A stretch of 63,401 bases of DNA, counting the filler, from Globobulimina sp. (taxonomy: Eukaryota): the NCBI GenBank assembly GCA_003354225.1. It is 49 parts of 49 records of this genome, joined end to end, with 100 filler letters (N's around TTAATTAATTAA, not from the genome) between each part and the next. Parts side by side here need not be neighbours in the genome. Positions count along the whole stretch, not along the records: positions 1 to 1,197 come from PIVH01021180.1; positions 1,298 to 2,494 come from PIVH01021181.1; positions 2,595 to 3,791 come from PIVH01021182.1; positions 3,892 to 5,088 come from PIVH01021183.1; positions 5,189 to 6,385 come from PIVH01021184.1; positions 6,486 to 7,682 come from PIVH01021185.1; positions 7,783 to 8,979 come from PIVH01021186.1; positions 9,080 to 10,276 come from PIVH01021187.1; 41 more parts are not named here. One strand, 5' to 3'. Within the stretch, counting starts at the first letter, position 1. Each line of letters opens with the position of its first letter. A program made the translations under genes and the position numbers. Below, one piece after another: positions 1-11,897 of the stretch. The notes under the pieces were generated by a model that had not been told where the DNA came from, did not search any database, and saw only the letters and a program-made list of their open reading frames with translations.

Positions 1-1131
1 CTTTGGAACAGTAATTGATGGAATCCCAAATCCATACTTGGTCACCAGCGCATCCGTATCATTACCAAATACTTTCGTATATTGCTGTTCCATCACATTA
101 ACAAACCTATCATACAAACCTTCATTTTTTAATCCAATTCGTGTCCAATCAGTAATCCCACCTTTTGCACCAATATAGGTTGTTATCTTTGAATCCCATG
201 TGGTGATCGGACAAATTCCAGTTCCATTGACATATATTGATTCCGTCGATCCATACATATTCTGCATAGCTGTCGCTTGCAACATATTTAACAGCCATAC
301 ACTTCCAACACGTTCATTAAACAAAAACAAGGTCATGGCTGAATACGGAGTAATAACATCAAATTCGTATGATGCTGCAGACCCCGTTGCAATTTGTGGA
401 ATTCCACAGTTTCCATCATATCCCTTCGTATCTGCATAATCAGCAAATGGAGTATTGACAGAAGCATACATTCCTGCGATAGCACCTTCATTTCCATTAG
501 TTCCATAAACTGAATTTAAGGTTCGTACTTTCTCACCATTCTCAAATATGACATGCAGTAAATTACTATCCAAATATGGCAATTCCAACAGTTTCCACTG
601 TTCATGGGAACTAAAGTGCCATCCTCTTTGCACAGCAATGTTCACAAAAACACCCGTCTTATCTTCCAAAGTATAGTTCACAAAATGTAAATTATTTAAA
701 GCAGCAGACCATATCTCATCATTTTCGTTATTTTTCCATACAGAATTCAAATCTAATAACCATTGAAATAACTCACCTTCAAACGGGTCACCAGCCCTTG
801 ACTCGCCTGTGTAACTTTGCTGTGGATCTATTGGAGATAATTTAGCATCTTTTACATTGACGACCCATCTAATTTTACCAGCGCTGTCATAAAACATTTT
901 TTTAGCATTTTGCTGCATTAACAACATTTGTTTCTGCAGTAAATTTAAAGTAATATTAATATCGATATTAGGATTGTTGTCGATGATTCTTTGGTAATTT
1001 GATAAGATGCTCCATTTCAAACCATATAGACTCCAATAAAGTTCTCCATTGTCTAATGCTGGAGCATTATATGGGTTTGATGAGGATGGAGTTATTTGAT
1101 TATTTGTTAAACGAAACCATGGGATAAAGCC
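1..1131 (-). CDS. GH162-family endo-beta-1,2-glucanase homologue, partial exon (not in ORF track)
   Basis: Manual translation is open from 1131 to 1: GFIPWF..PALDNGELYW..DPFEGELF..VQRGWHFSSHEQWKLLELPY..GMYASVN..DVITPYS..MQNMYGSTES..TWDSKIT, matching fungal TfSGL-type motifs; upstream CAG acceptor preceded by in-frame stops. Confidence 0.85.
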
Positions 1132-1197
1132 CTGGTTATTTTGTATAATTCATCATGAACATAAATGCAATTGCAAACTAAAGAAAATGAAATTCAA

Positions 1198-1297
1198 NNN
1201 NNNNNNNNNNNNNNNNNNNNNNNNNNNNNNNNNNNNNNNNNTTAATTAATTAANNNNNNNNNNNNNNNNNNNNNNNNNNNNNNNNNNNNNNNNNNNN
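1198..1297. other. Artificial contig-joining linker N44-TTAATTAATTAA-N44 (first of 48; recurs every 1295-1297 bp, last at 62107-62206)
   Basis: Identical 100-bp spacer with stops in all six frames; flanking contigs are 1197, then 1196, then 1195 bp (length-sorted). Confidence 0.99.
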
Positions 1298-1448
1298 TTT
1301 GGGAGGAATTGTTTCCTTATCAATGGATTTCATCAACAAAACAATATATGAATAGAAAATCTTTGGAATATACAATTTCGTTCCCAACGAATTGCCTTTT
1401 TTCTATAATCAACAAACATTTTCAGCGCCATGGTATTGGTAAACAATA

Positions 1449-2192
1449 TTAATTATTTATAGATTTGCTGTGTTTGTAAATTAAGTACAATATGGCGCAA
1501 AAATGTTTGTTTATGCATACCTTATCAAAGGAGTACCAAATATAGCTACGTTTTGTTGGATTAATACCTTGAATAAATTCATATAATTCATGCATTCGAT
1601 TAAACCATTCCAATGAATCAGTATTCCATTTCTCTATTTTTTTGGCATAATTTGTGTCGTCGTCACAAAATGATTCGTCTTCGGACTCTTCGACTAATGG
1701 CGAGCCTGGATAATTGAGCGCAGAATCTCTTTTATGTGTTGCTACAATTTCGGTTTTTATCCATTTGGTATTTACACTGTCATTTGGTGATAATTTAAGT
1801 GCCTTTTCTAAGCTGCTGAATGTGGATAATGTTGTATCTGTTTTATCTGTTTTATGATCTTCAAAATCCTCACATTCGTATCCATATTCAAATTCATGTT
1901 TGTCCGTCGAACCACGTTTGTTGACGGTGTCGTTAGAACTATCATCAACTGGCGGATGAGCATCAACTGGCGGATGAGCATCAACTGGCGGATGAGCATC
2001 AACTGGCGGATGAGCATCAACTGGCGGAGGAGCATCGACTATAATTTTGATGTCATGCATATGACCAATTTCTGTCTGCTGTGTATCAGTGTTTGGGTCT
2101 GTTATAAATGAAACTTTTCCATTATATCTGTGGTTTGGTTTTGGATCGTCACCGCTTCCACCACAGATGCAAGGGTCAAGTATAATGCCCAT
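1449..2192 (-). CDS. Hypothetical protein, MG..CxC N-terminus (possible acylation), DAHPPV repeats
   Basis: 247-aa ORF with ATG start; 3' part may be intronic. Confidence 0.55.
   Translation of the reverse strand: MGIILDPCICGGSGDDPKPNHRYNGKVSFITDPNTDTQQTEIGHMHDIKIIVDAPPPVDAHPPVDAHPPVDAHPPVDAHPPVDDSSNDTVNKRGSTDKHEFEYGYECEDFEDHKTDKTDTTLSTFSSLEKALKLSPNDSVNTKWIKTEIVATHKRDSALNYPGSPLVEESEDESFCDDDTNYAKKIEKWNTDSLEWFNRMHELYEFIQGINPTKRSYIWYSFDKVCINKHFCAILYLIYKHSKSINN
1943..2032. repeat. 18-bp tandem repeat CATCAACTGGCGGATGAG x5 (encodes DAHPPV on minus strand)
   Basis: Four perfect copies plus one with a single mismatch. Confidence 0.97.
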
Positions 2193-2934
2193 GTTTGAAA
2201 ATACGACTTTGTAATGTGTTTTAGTTACTGACTTACTGTAACTGAACCAAGTGTAAATAATTCACATGCAGCTAGTTATTGAAGCGTACTTATTCATTGT
2301 TTCTACTTTTATTAAGCCATGGACCCCAAAACCCTTTATTTACCTCAATTTGATCACAACATCTCATATCTAAGTCACCTCTGTTTGGACTAAATGTACT
2401 ATCATTCAATTCCACCCATCTCTCTCTCATTTCCTTTATAATATCTACATAGCTTTCATTGTTAATTAAATCATTATGCTCAGTGTAATCAGTCNNNNNN
2501 NNNNNNNNNNNNNNNNNNNNNNNNNNNNNNNNNNNNNNTTAATTAATTAANNNNNNNNNNNNNNNNNNNNNNNNNNNNNNNNNNNNNNNNNNNNATGCTT
2601 TTCATCTTCTTCTTTGGGCGTATCCTTTGGTTTGCTATTTACACCAAACAATTTTGAGAGTGAGAGCATTGTACGTGTTTGAAAGCGTTAGGTTCTGAGG
2701 GATACTGCCATGCCGACAAGCTCAGAAACAGCAAGTTGAAAACTATTATCTATCATCATTTTCTAATATTTTTATAAACGTTTATGGCATAATTTGTGGA
2801 GTTGTAAATTTATAATAACAGCAGAATGGGGTTGCAATAAAAGAGCAAATAAAATAATTATTGAACATATATGTTTTTTTTTATATATATCATACATATA
2901 AATATAAGTTTTTTTATGTGCCATATCATTGCAC

Positions 2935-3759
2935 TCAGTCAATATAATACGTTTCATAGCCTTCATTATCTGATTTAGATGTTTTTATAGCACTTTGATA
3001 AAATTCAATTTCTTGTTTTATTCCAACATTCCGATATAACAACATTGTGCATGCTGCCTGGTTGGTTATTGGCGATTTTTTGTTTAATTTTAAATATTGT
3101 TCAATTGCGGACTTTTCATAGGTATTTCCATCAAATGCTATTACTGGCTCTATCATTATTAATTTGGTTATTGGACACTTAAATTTTTGTGGCGTTGGTA
3201 TCGATGCAAAAGTTTTTTCCTTTTCATCATCATTTTTTTGATTATCCATCGGATATTTTCTAATTATAAGTTTTATAGATTTAAAAATATCAGATCTGAT
3301 CTGAAAATCATTAATTCCAAATAAATATAATGTGTTAATGTCAATATGTTGTAATGTTAAACCAGAGATATTTTGTTTAGTCATTTCTTGTGCAATATTC
3401 TCGAAATTACATTCCTTTAAATCTAATCTTTTTGTTTTATATCTAAACCATTCAATGATACTTTGTACATTCCATTTTGACCAATTTTGCTCATATTTTG
3501 CCCATTCGTCCTTAAAATGATCTGATAATATTTGTATATGTTTGCTATTCACATCAGTAAATTTATGATATTCTTCCATTAACGCTACACATCGCTTTGA
3601 CGATAATTTTAAATGTTGTAAATGTTCATTGTCTTCATTCAACAAAAACTGCTTATTATTTAATTGGAGTTTGAATATATTTTTTTTATAAATAGCATTA
3701 TTATATTCTTGTTTCATATTTTGTAACGATTTATAAATTTCCATTCCATCATTTTGCAA
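2935..3759 (-). CDS. Coiled-coil + SAM-like + U-box E3 ligase-type protein (5' partial)
   Basis: U-box PQKFKCPITKLIMIEPVIAFDGNTYEKSAIEQYL..SPIT; SAM-like WSKWNVQSIIEWF..ISGLTL. Confidence 0.85.
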   Translation of the reverse strand: MQNDGMEIYKSLQNMKQEYNNAIYKKNIFKLQLNNKQFLLNEDNEHLQHLKLSSKRCVALMEEYHKFTDVNSKHIQILSDHFKDEWAKYEQNWSKWNVQSIIEWFRYKTKRLDLKECNFENIAQEMTKQNISGLTLQHIDINTLYLFGINDFQIRSDIFKSIKLIIRKYPMDNQKNDDEKEKTFASIPTPQKFKCPITKLIMIEPVIAFDGNTYEKSAIEQYLKLNKKSPITNQAACTMLLYRNVGIKQEIEFYQSAIKTSKSDNEGYETYYID

Positions 3760-4079
3760 TACATTGGATTGTTTATTTAATTTTTCTATTTNNNNNNNNN
3801 NNNNNNNNNNNNNNNNNNNNNNNNNNNNNNNNNNNTTAATTAATTAANNNNNNNNNNNNNNNNNNNNNNNNNNNNNNNNNNNNNNNNNNNNCTCTCTCTC
3901 CTTCTCTCGCCCTTCCGGAACGGGGAACAGAGACAGGGATGGAGATACACCTACAGAGGCTTCACCCCAGTAACTTTGAGTGCACACCACTGGTTTTCTC
4001 TTATGCACTTGAACATTCTTTTAGAATTACAAATCGCAAGAAGGATATCGCTTTTTAGCGTTTCAAGGGCGACTCATTT

Positions 4080-5088
4080 CCTGAATTCCCATCAACTACT
4101 AGGTATGGTATTAATTTTGAGGATGTAGTTGCTAATCATATTACAATAGACAACTGCGATATTGGTGACTCTTTTAATGGAATACTTGTGAGTGGATTAC
4201 AGGTTAATATTAATAATTGCAGACTATCTAATGTAAGTGGCATTGGTATATATAATGCAGAGATTGTAAGTATTACCAATAACACATTAATAAACTGTAA
4301 CCACTTAATATCTCTAACGAACTCAACTCTGAAAAGAAGGGTTTTGTGTGGTGGAAACACATTGGTCAACAGTACTCTTTTTGACACATCTTCTATATCT
4401 GCGCCAAACACCAATGTTATAATATCAGCATCTAAAGTTGATGATTTTAAATATGTCGGCGAGTGTAATTCAGACGATATTGATTTAATGAATATTGATA
4501 ATTTAGAATTTATTGATATAGAACAAACTGAAACATCAGTCCACCACTCTTTTATAAGTGGTAAAATAACAAATTCTAAATTTCATTTTAAAGAAGATCA
4601 ATATTCTACATCAAGTATTAAAGTAGAAACAGCAAAAAATTCTAAATTTGAAGTAATACTAGATGATCCCAATAAAATAATAAGTCCTTTCTATACTATG
4701 TATGGTATAATTTTAGATGGTGGGAAGATACAAAATTTAATACTAAACAATACAGAGAAAACATATGGTTTATATGATTCCACTCTTAAAACACATTCTT
4801 TTATAATTAAGTCATATAGCAATAATGTTGGTAGCATGACTACTTTAAATGTGAATTTAGATAATTGTATTATTGAAAAAAAGTTGTCGGGTATTCTTTT
4901 TGAATTTGCAACAACATCCACAGACGGAGATGCTTCGTTGTTAGTAAATATATCAAATAGTACAATTAAATTCGGTGATCTAGTTAATGGTAGTAGTTCT
5001 ATTTTTGATATTGACTACAAAGGCGCAACACAAAATGAATACAGGTGCGATGTTTTCTACCGGGTCGGTTTTATTATTCCTTCATGCA
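4080..5088 (+). CDS. Right-handed beta-helix-like Asn/Ile-rich protein fragment, origin uncertain
   Basis: Frame open from about 4059; HITIDNCDIG..VNINNCRLSNV..GIGI..SITNNTLINC periodicity. Confidence 0.45.
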
Positions 5089-5689
5089 NNNNNNNNNNNN
5101 NNNNNNNNNNNNNNNNNNNNNNNNNNNNNNNNTTAATTAATTAANNNNNNNNNNNNNNNNNNNNNNNNNNNNNNNNNNNNNNNNNNNNTTATGCTTTATG
5201 TTTTTATAGTACTAACTAAACTAAGTTAACCTTAAACACTTGCAATGGAGGGCCTTCCTCTATTTCTTCATCAGCCACAGTCATTGCTCAATACAGACCA
5301 TTTATTGGATGGTTTACGAGCAGATTTAAATAATAATTGACTTTTTGCTTCATGTGAAATGATCGATGGTTAGAACCATTTTACAGTTTTACAGTTTTCG
5401 CAGACTGACTTGCTTTTAACAGTTCAATTTAACAGAGCTGGTACATCTTTTAGTCATCGCGCATATATACGGCACTATATGACTCTTTCCATCATATCAT
5501 ATGCATAAACAACAACACTCTCACCAACATCATAACACGTGCACAACAAAGGTGCTTCGATTACACACGTACACAAATTAACACACAAAAACAACAAACA
5601 CAACAACAAACACAAACAATAACCGACAAATTGGCCAAGCGGTTCAAGCTCAGGTTTTGGTTCTGTTTCAGGTTCCGGTTCATGCTCTG

Positions 5690-6350
5690 TCCGGTTCATA
5701 TCAATCTCGCCACACTCATAAATGACGCATGCAATCCGTGAGATCAAATCGCAGGCTTCATCAGCGGTGCTTTATCAGCCCGCAAATCTGTGGCAAGTAC
5801 GGCTTGCACCGAATGCCCAAACTCATCAAAACCCGCCCGATGCCGTTCAAAATAATCAAACTGTTGTCCGCCGCATTGGTGCTGACCGAATACAATATGC
5901 CATCAATCAGTTGTTCCTTTTGTCACCGATATCATCCGTATAATTATCGTCCAAATGCAAGACGCGATCGATAGTTTCAATCACCATCTTATTAATAATA
6001 TGATAGCAACCAACCTTTTGCGAGATATACGACGTAGTCTCCACCAATTGTTTATAATTGCGGCGGTCTAAACACATTCTGAGGTTCCAAAACGATAAGA
6101 AGAAATCCGGCAATATATAGTGGATAATGTACGACTTCTCCACACCGGAAATACTCACACATTGCTTGATCACTTTCAGCACAATTTTCCTAAATGAACT
6201 CCTAAATTAACTGCGGCATAACATCCCGCGTATAATACGAGGCATACTCCGCATCCATGAGCAAAGCCAATGCATTTTAGAAACGCGGCACGCTTTCCTT
6301 TATGCAGAGAGATGCCGTGCCACAACGGCCGCAGCACAGAGTCAAACGCC
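5690..6350 (-). pseudogene. SF3B1: Splicing factor 3B subunit 1 HEAT-repeat fragment with multiple deletions, frameshifts and stops
   Basis: Segments in shifting frames: AFDSVLRPLWHGI / AAFLKCIGF / LMDAEYASYYTRDVM / KIVLKVIKQC..LDRRNYKQLVETT / EQLIDGILY..KPYLPQICG / DLISRIA. Confidence 0.85.
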
Positions 6351-6505
6351 CCAGACAGCGCGTGGTTAGTGCATTTAGATTTAGGNNNNNNNNNNNNNNN
6401 NNNNNNNNNNNNNNNNNNNNNNNNNNNNNTTAATTAATTAANNNNNNNNNNNNNNNNNNNNNNNNNNNNNNNNNNNNNNNNNNNNTTATTATTATACATT
6501 TTTGT

Positions 6506-6916
6506 TCATGAAAAATTCGTTTTTATTTTTGTTATAAACAGGGTCAAAAGTGTGTAGGATGGTCGTGCGTAAAGGGTTAAGGAGTGCTGGGAACGGGTAT
6601 GTTGAGGCTGAGCCTGTGTGTCTGGTTGGATTGGCGGGGTTGGATATTGGGAGGTTAATTCTAAATCGATTTCATCCAATAATTGACTCATATTGCTATC
6701 GGTGGAGGTTGGTGAGTCTAGGCGTAAAGAGTTGGTTCCATGGGATAAGGAATAATGATAATTGAAGGCTTCGCAATCTTCACTGATTCCACCTAATTGA
6801 TCTGGCAAATCATCCACATCTACAATTATCATCAGTTCTTCTTTGGATATCTCTTCTACTGATTTACCACGCCGGTGGTCGCGTGATTTCCTTCTACGTC
6901 TATTTGGTCGTGACAT
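6506..6916 (-). CDS. Hypothetical low-complexity protein N-terminus
   Basis: ATG-initiated ORF with basic N-terminus; no recognised domain. Confidence 0.4.
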   Translation of the reverse strand: MSRPNRRRRKSRDHRRGKSVEEISKEELMIIVDVDDLPDQLGGISEDCEAFNYHYSLSHGTNSLRLDSPTSTDSNMSQLLDEIDLELTSQYPTPPIQPDTQAQPQHTRSQHSLTLYARPSYTLLTLFITKIKTNFS

Positions 6917-6978
6917 GTTCTATTTTGTCTACACTAAAGTAGTTACTTTACAGTTTTTCATTTTAAACCGGTGGGCTA

Positions 6979-7682
6979 ATGAATAAAGAACAAAACACAA
7001 AAAAACGAGTTGCGGACAGTGCAGGTTTAGAACAAAGACAACCTGATATTAAAAGACGTAGATTAGCACAAGCTGATAATGACAAATCCTCAGGTTTCCC
7101 TCCACCAAACTATATCTGTCATCGATGCTGTTTGTCTGGTCATTGGATTGCGAAATGCCCAACAAATAACAATCAAAACTTAATTAACAAACCAGAATGG
7201 CACCCGTTATATATGAATATCGTTTTAAATGGTTATTTGATCAAAACATCTGAAAATGGTGGTATTATTAAAAGAGATAACAATTATAAATGTAATCAGA
7301 GTGAAGACGATTTAGTTATATTTTATTTCAATCACTGCAGTAAAATATTTGTCAATCAATGTAAAACAAAGCAATTCCATTCATTGCAATTGGTTAAGTT
7401 TAAAATTGGTTTTCCGAAACAAAAAACAAGCAATCGGATTTTATTAGCATTTGATGTTGAATTTGATGTATTAAATAAAAATAAGGAACAGAAAGAGGAG
7501 AAAATATATGGAGAAATAATGAAATTAAGCAATTGCAATGAAAATCGGAATGGTTGGATTTACTGCAAAGGTAACAATTTAATGTATTGTTTCAATGGTG
7601 ATGATGATAGGCATTATAATATCGGAAATGTAGTGATTTTTAATGATTTTATAAAAATGATAAACGTTAAAACTGGAAAACA
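6979..7682 (+). CDS. Zinc-knuckle (RBBP6/Mpe1-like CCHC) protein with probable OB/cold-shock-like domains, 3' partial
   Basis: PPPNYICHRCCLSGHWIAKCPTN, followed by two beta-rich segments (G..II / GWI..F). Confidence 0.7.
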
Positions 7683-7782
7683 NNNNNNNNNNNNNNNNNN
7701 NNNNNNNNNNNNNNNNNNNNNNNNNNTTAATTAATTAANNNNNNNNNNNNNNNNNNNNNNNNNNNNNNNNNNNNNNNNNNNN

Positions 7783-8979
7783 ATATTCATTGAATATGGA
7801 TATCTTTAATAAGATATATAAAAAAGCAGAATATTTTTTGAATAGTTCCTCAACCATTAAACAAATGAAAAGTGATATTGATTCAATAAATAATATTTAT
7901 AAAGTCCGAGATGATATTTGTTTGAATGTGTCTCGTATAATTTCGATATTAATATATGTTAATTATGATACGTTAACATATCATTTTCGAAGTACATTTC
8001 ATAAAATATTTGAGAATGAGAGTCGTCGCAGTGTTAAAAATCGAAACTGTGAATATTGGTTTTTTAGTAAAATATTAATAGAGACAATAAATTGTTTTGG
8101 AAGGAAAGTTTGTAAATCGAATATTAAAATATTTTATCATTGTACGTCATTAATGCATTTTGATTCTTTTATTGCTGAATTTAATTATCCGACTTCAACC
8201 ACGACAGCATTATCTGTTGCTACTTTATATGGAAATGGAAATGGTTTGATTTTAGAGTTAAAAATGTATAATAATGCATCTAATGGTATTTATGGTAAAT
8301 CATTGCGGTATTTTAATTGTGAATTTTTATCATTATCACCCAATGAAAACGAACGTATTTTTATCACACCACCACAAAATATGTATGGTTTATATCTTGA
8401 AATTAATTCAATTCGTAATATTCCAACAAATACAAATTATAAGCAATTTATAAATGATTTACAAATATTTCAAAATACGGTTTGTCAGAAAAATATGTTC
8501 AATTTGCAAATAAATAATGGTGATATTGACAGTGTTGATGGTGATGAAAGAATCTATAATTTGATAAATAATTTAAATAATAATTTGATAAATAATAATT
8601 GGATTGAAACATGTTTTAGAAAATGGACTGGAAACAGGAATTCAGTACATTTTGATTTACATGAAATGAAACATTTGTATCCAAAAATTGCACATTATTT
8701 TCTGATTTCAAATAAAAAAATAAAAGCAAATAATTTAGTATCTTTTGATAGGTTAACTATTATTTTTAAAAATATTGAAAGTATCGATTGTTGCCATACT
8801 GGATATGTTTCAGAAAAATATATTCGGACATTGTGTTCACTGATTACTAAAATTAATAAAATAAAAACATCACAGTTGTATAAAATAAGTTTATGGGATG
8901 TGTCAAATATTGATGATTTCCCCGATTTACTTAAATATCCAACTATTGTTACGGATAAAAATTGTAAATTTTCAACAGA
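7783..8979 (+). CDS. ADP-ribosyltransferase-fold protein fragment
   Basis: FYH..PTSTT..VA..GLILEL..FLSLSPNENERIF follows the R-STS-ExE order of ART domains; frame open over nearly the whole contig. Confidence 0.6.
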
Positions 8980-9644
8980 NNNNNNNNNNNNNNNNNNNNN
9001 NNNNNNNNNNNNNNNNNNNNNNNTTAATTAATTAANNNNNNNNNNNNNNNNNNNNNNNNNNNNNNNNNNNNNNNNNNNNCAAATAAAAAATTGGCTAAAA
9101 TTGCAAAAACGTTTAAAAAATCATCTGGTATTAAAAAGAGGAAAATTTATAGAATGCGATATTCGATTGAAGAGTTAGATCCTTATAAATATTCTGATTC
9201 TGAGATTTTAGAAATATTACAACAACTAAGTGAGGCATTAATTGACAGTCCAACTGTATTTTAATTAAATATCCTTTGTCTGTAATTACTAATTATTAGT
9301 ATTTTTACCTTTGTCAGATATCGAAGAAATCAAATCATTAATTTCAGAACATCAAAAAATAACATATTTTCCTTCTCAAGTCAAGTGAAAAGATTTTGAA
9401 CATGGAGACATTAATTAAATGGAATTAGCGTTGCTGCCATTTGACCAAACCCTTAACTGAATCAAAATACATGACCTGTTATGTGGCAACAGTGATTTTT
9501 ATAATTGTGAAAGTATATAAAAATTAGAAATCTTCGTATATTTGGATATTCATAAAAAAATCATTCATCGATAAACAACGTGCAGTTACCTCAAAAATGA
9601 GTCATAATCAACTAAATGAATTCATTGTGTGTATATTGTAAACA

Positions 9645-10276
9645 TTGTATGAATATATCATGGAGTCTGAACCATTAATATCAAATAACGGAAATGTTTT
9701 GTTTGTCATGGAAGTATCTGTTGATGGCCACAATGTCGCTCCATTGACAGTCACGAATGATAAAAATTGCACGGAATTAGCAAAAGAGTTTGTGGCAAAA
9801 CACCAATTACCATCTGATCAAACAGTACTATTATCTAAAAAAATGGAGGATATTCGAAGTGAATTGTTATGCCATAAAAATATAAAACAAAATGGATCCA
9901 CATATTTGGAATTAACATCAACAGATTCGACACACAATGATAACAATAACAACACAGATAAAACGCAAACAGAATTAGAAAATATTCGAACCGAACTTTC
10001 TCAATTTTATCAAAAACAAATGGATTATACAAGATTATCCTTACATAAACCATCCAGAATAGATATCGAAATTCATGATAAAAAAACGAGGAAGATACTG
10101 AATAGAAACCGTAAGCGATCCAGAAAAAGTAAACTAATTAAACCAAAAACAAACAATCATATTAAAACTAATATAAATGTAACAAATAAATCACACAAAA
10201 AAAGACGGCCAAGTTGGGCTACGCCGCGAAGGAAAGATTGGTGGAAAAAAGTATATTCTGACAGTATGTATACAAA
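9645..10276 (+). CDS. Hypothetical protein with PFU-like N-terminal domain, 3' partial
   Basis: LFVMEVSV..LTV..ELAKEFVAKHQL motif. Confidence 0.45.
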
Positions 10277-10719
10277 NNNNNNNNNNNNNNNNNNNNNNNN
10301 NNNNNNNNNNNNNNNNNNNNTTAATTAATTAANNNNNNNNNNNNNNNNNNNNNNNNNNNNNNNNNNNNNNNNNNNNTAGCTGAAAATAATATAAATAAAA
10401 ATAGATGTAGTTGGACAAAATGGAAATGTGATGTGGATGTTAGTCAGTATTTAACTGATCATGAATGTGTAGAACTGGAATTAGTTTGCCGTGCAATGGA
10501 TTTGTCACATAATAGACAACCGGCATCATGTGAAGATGACTTGACATTTAATCCAAAGGGATATTCTGCAAATTGTTATCATAGCATTAATGTTAATGTA
10601 TGTGTTGAGGAATAAATGTATACTGACATTCATTTCTCTAATTTAAGTTACATGGGTGTGGTGGGGGCTAGCTTTATATTATACTGACTTGTTGCACTCA
10701 AAAAGTCTTTTGGGAGATC

Positions 10720-10917
10720 ATGGGAGGAATAACAACATGTGCTTGTATAGACCCGCCTGACGATCCTCCACAAAGAAATACAATCGTGAAAAGAGAAAAT
10801 GATGCTAAAACGGAGGATAGCACTCTAACAGATGATGAACATTATTCAGAAGAGGATTCTATTTATTACTATGATGCAGAAAGGGATATGGTAATAGAAC
10901 AACCTGTGTCGCCGTGA
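10720..10917 (+). CDS. Short ORF or first exon, MG..CxC..DDP N-terminus
   Basis: N-terminus resembles the ORF at 1449-2192. Confidence 0.35.
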   Translation: MGGITTCACIDPPDDPPQRNTIVKRENDAKTEDSTLTDDEHYSEEDSIYYYDAERDMVIEQPVSP

Positions 10918-11377
10918 ATATATGTCTCACTCTGCAGCTGCTAAAATCATCGATGACGTTTAATTTGGATTGAGAATGTTGTTTTTTTGTCAATTCAATT
11001 ACATTGTTATAGTGTACAATTTTATCAGTTTTGCAATGGATTCCAAAAAAAAACAAATTTATTGTTTGGAGGTTGCAACAAACAATGTGCATTTAACTGA
11101 ATTGGAAGTAATTCGATACGGAAAAAATCAAATAGTCACTGTAATAATTGAAATTCAATTCAGTTATATAATTAAATGCACATCGTTTACTTATCGGACG
11201 CGTGTTGTCGGGAAAAAAGAAAGTAGTGTTTGTATACTAGTCTGACATCAATAGCTTGTGCTAACACTTCTCACTATGAAAAAAAAAAAGTTTTCCTTAA
11301 AACAATAACCCACCTGATCACAAGTTGTAAACAGTCCTTAGGGAATATTATCAGGTCTTGCAACGCTCTGACTGATC

Positions 11378-11573
11378 ATGCCAACATATGCCTTCTTCAC
11401 AAGGAAAAGACGGCGGTCGCAATTGTTAGTAAATGGATATGTCAGAAAATATAAGTCTCAATACATCCATACGGATATTATTAATGTTATTCATCCATTC
11501 CATTATGCAGTTCTATTGGAATTATATTATATTGGTAACAACGAATACGGACAACAAGGCAATGGAGGACATG
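11378..11573 (+). CDS. RCC1-repeat protein N-terminus (paralogue of 49423-50451)
   Basis: RRSQLLVNGYVRK..TDIINVIHPFHY..LELYYIGNNEYGQQGNGG aligns with the second copy. Confidence 0.75.
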
Positions 11574-11673
11574 NNNNNNNNNNNNNNNNNNNNNNNNNNN
11601 NNNNNNNNNNNNNNNNNTTAATTAATTAANNNNNNNNNNNNNNNNNNNNNNNNNNNNNNNNNNNNNNNNNNNN

Positions 11674-11897
11674 GGTTTTCATCATACGATCTAAAAAATT
11701 TTGGGTACGCCACTGAACAACCGAAGTGCGGGAAATATCAATAGCACACTTGTTGATGGTATTAGATAGGTTAATGGTTTTGTCAGCTAAATCATCAAAA
11801 TAATCACTGATCACTTTTAATCCAGCGGCCTTGGTACCGGCTCGCAGTACCATGGCGCGGGAGTTCTTGGCCGCTAACGCCATGGATTTTGCAATCA
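11674..11897 (-). CDS. Bacterial methyl-accepting chemotaxis signalling-like fragment (chimeric junction)
   Basis: ALAAKNSRAMVLRAGTKAAGLKVISDYFDDLA resembles the MCP hairpin LLALNAAIEAARAG..GFAVVA.EV..LA; higher GC. Confidence 0.65.

Noticed and set aside
1808..2111. MLIRQL / MSINWR repeat ORFs
   Set aside because: Alternative-frame shadows of the 18-bp repeat
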